IMG/VR virus record: IMGVR_UViG_2061766007_000740 | Strand: one strand, 5' to 3' | Source: an uncultured virus (IMG/VR IMGVR_UViG_2061766007_000740) | Taxonomy: Duplodnaviria; Heunggongvirae; Uroviricota; Caudoviricetes | DNA length: 64,000 bases | In this document: in pieces, positions 62,566 to 64,000 of the stretch | Layout: each line of letters begins with the position of its first letter | Position numbering within the stretch: the first letter of the stretch is position 1 | Translations under genes and position numbers: made by a program | Notes under the pieces: generated by a model | Seen by the model: the letters and a program-made list of their open reading frames with translations, nothing else | Database searches by the model: none | What the model was told of the DNA's origin: nothing

Positions 62566-62602
62566 CGGCGGAAATCACAACACAAACCAAATTTTTGACA
62601 TT

Positions 62603-63286
62603 ATGAAAGAAAAGATTCTTGCTGCGTTGACAGCGATTAGTGGACAGTACAACTTGCCGAAGGAGCAGTTGGAGAAGATTGCGGCTCTTGCGCCGTCTGA
62701 TTTGGCTGAGGACAAGATCAATTCTTGGGCTGAGTCGATGAAAGGCACGATGTCCTTGATGCAGTCTTATGCGGATTCTCGCGTTACGGGTTCGACGAAG
62801 GACCTGGAGGCGGCTCGCAAAGAGATTGAGGACTTGAAGAAAAAGGTGGAGGAAGCCGGAAAACAGCAACCTACCGTATCTGCTGATTTGAAAGAGGCAC
62901 TGGGTGCTATGAAGAAGGAGTTAGAGGATGGCTTCAATGCCAGACTCGCAGAGATCACGAAACAGAACAAGGATTTGCAGGATCAGGCTAACGCCACTGC
63001 AGCGGCTGAAAAAGAGCGTCAGTTCTTGGAAATTAAGAAACGTGTAGCCAAGGAACTGGGCTTGACGGACAAAGCGCTGGAGTTAGTTGACGGTAAGTTG
63101 AACTCTGACATGGACGAAGCGAAGATCAACGAGGTTCTTTCGGCGCAAAAGAAAGCGCTGGTCGAACTTGGATTGAACTCAGTAGAGGCCAGTCATCTGT
63201 CGGAAGACCCGTCGGAGGCCGCAAAGACTCGTGCTAAAGCTTATCTCGACGAACTCGAAAAGAAACAGCAGCAGAAAGTCAACTAA
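62603..63286 (+). CDS. Capsid scaffolding protein
   Basis: MKEKILAAL...QSYADSRVT, long charged coiled coil. Confidence 0.7.
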   Translation: MKEKILAALTAISGQYNLPKEQLEKIAALAPSDLAEDKINSWAESMKGTMSLMQSYADSRVTGSTKDLEAARKEIEDLKKKVEEAGKQQPTVSADLKEALGAMKKELEDGFNARLAEITKQNKDLQDQANATAAAEKERQFLEIKKRVAKELGLTDKALELVDGKLNSDMDEAKINEVLSAQKKALVELGLNSVEASHLSEDPSEAAKTRAKAYLDELEKKQQQKVN

Positions 63287-63314
63287 TAGTTTAACAACGT
63301 AAACAATCACATTT

Positions 63315-63920
63315 ATGGCAGTAGTTTTTGAAAATACTGATGCTAACAAAAGAGTTTTCTGTTTCCATGAGGAGCCTGCAAAGCGCGACGTAATGGGTTA
63401 CACAGTCTCTGGCGTAGCAGAAGGTGATGTTATTCCGCAGGGTACACCCCTTGTTGTGAATGACAACGACACCAACGGAAAGAAGACCGCCGGCATCTGT
63501 AAGTATGCCCATATCACCAAAAAGACTTCGACCACGAAGTTCGAGGTGGACAATATCGGCTTCCTCAAGGTAGGCGATAAGATTTTCAAGTCCGGCCAGA
63601 ACAGTCCTACTCTCTCGACCATCAGCGCCATCAGTGGCAAAGAGATCACGCTGTCCGCAGCTAACTCTCAACTCGCAGTTGGCGATACCGTGTTAGAGGG
63701 TAAGGAAGAGAACAGCACTGTTGTTCCTGTATCTGTTCCGAACCGTATCGCAGCCCGTTCTCAGAAGATGACGGCTATCGACAAAACCATCTCGGCAACC
63801 CACCAGGCTCTTGTTATCAAGAACGTGCTGGATTATCCAGTAGAATGGCTCAATGAGACCACGTTCCCCGGCTCTTGCCTGCTCAAAGGTTGCCCGTTAA
63901 TCCTGTTTATTAACCAATAA
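63315..63920 (+). CDS. Head decoration/fibre-like protein
   Basis: GDVIPQGTPL, LKVGD, VGDTVLE; between scaffold and probable capsid gene. Confidence 0.6.
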   Translation: MAVVFENTDANKRVFCFHEEPAKRDVMGYTVSGVAEGDVIPQGTPLVVNDNDTNGKKTAGICKYAHITKKTSTTKFEVDNIGFLKVGDKIFKSGQNSPTLSTISAISGKEITLSAANSQLAVGDTVLEGKEENSTVVPVSVPNRIAARSQKMTAIDKTISATHQALVIKNVLDYPVEWLNETTFPGSCLLKGCPLILFINQ

Positions 63921-63933
63921 TGGAGGACTGAAT

Positions 63934-64000
63934 TATGCCAGAAGAAAGTTTTTTGAGTAGCCTTTTGTATCAAGAGGCCGTAGAGGAAATCCGCTTCCGT
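63934..64000 (+). CDS. Probable major capsid protein, N-terminus
   Basis: MPEESFLSSLLYQEAVEEIRFR; assigned from position only. Confidence 0.4.

Noticed and set aside
1..64000. Genome-wide stop-codon reassignment
   Set aside because: Long genes are intact in the standard code; TAA, TAG and TGA all end genes; tail-gene fragmentation coincides with N gaps.

Overview
Most of the genome of a temperate tailed phage of a Bacteroidota host (many TAnnTTTG -7 promoters), from a heavily gapped scaffold with dozens of N runs and small duplicated contig ends. Phage A layout: terminase C-terminus, SPP1-type portal and tail genes (1-13.3 kb, +); lysis and glycosyltransferase genes (25.4-29.2 kb, +); tape measure gene on the opposite strand (29.3-36.0 kb); tyrosine integrase with a probable attP (38.7-40.4 kb); a long leftward replication/recombination arm (RecT, YqaJ exonuclease, replication initiator, truncated C5 methylase); a cro/cI-like switch (53 kb); a leftward array of small early genes (53.7-61.5 kb); then scaffold, head decoration and the probable start of the capsid gene. 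The 11.6-25.4 kb interval is a mosaic: several alleles of two receptor-binding-like genes with constant ends and unrelated middles, plus a ~6 kb block from a second phage with a different portal and endolysin. This is at least partly co-scaffolding of related strains or phages. Most notable: cassette-like hypervariable genes bounded by nucleotide-invariant motifs with no reverse transcriptase or invertase seen, a Trp-like tRNA with a UCA (opal) anticodon next to a tRNA-shaped ~130-nt RNA, 22-bp-period GAAGCGCATC arrays at three loci, a two-gene Type V pilin-like module present twice, and phage-borne glycosylation genes. All product names come from motif recognition only; no database search was run.
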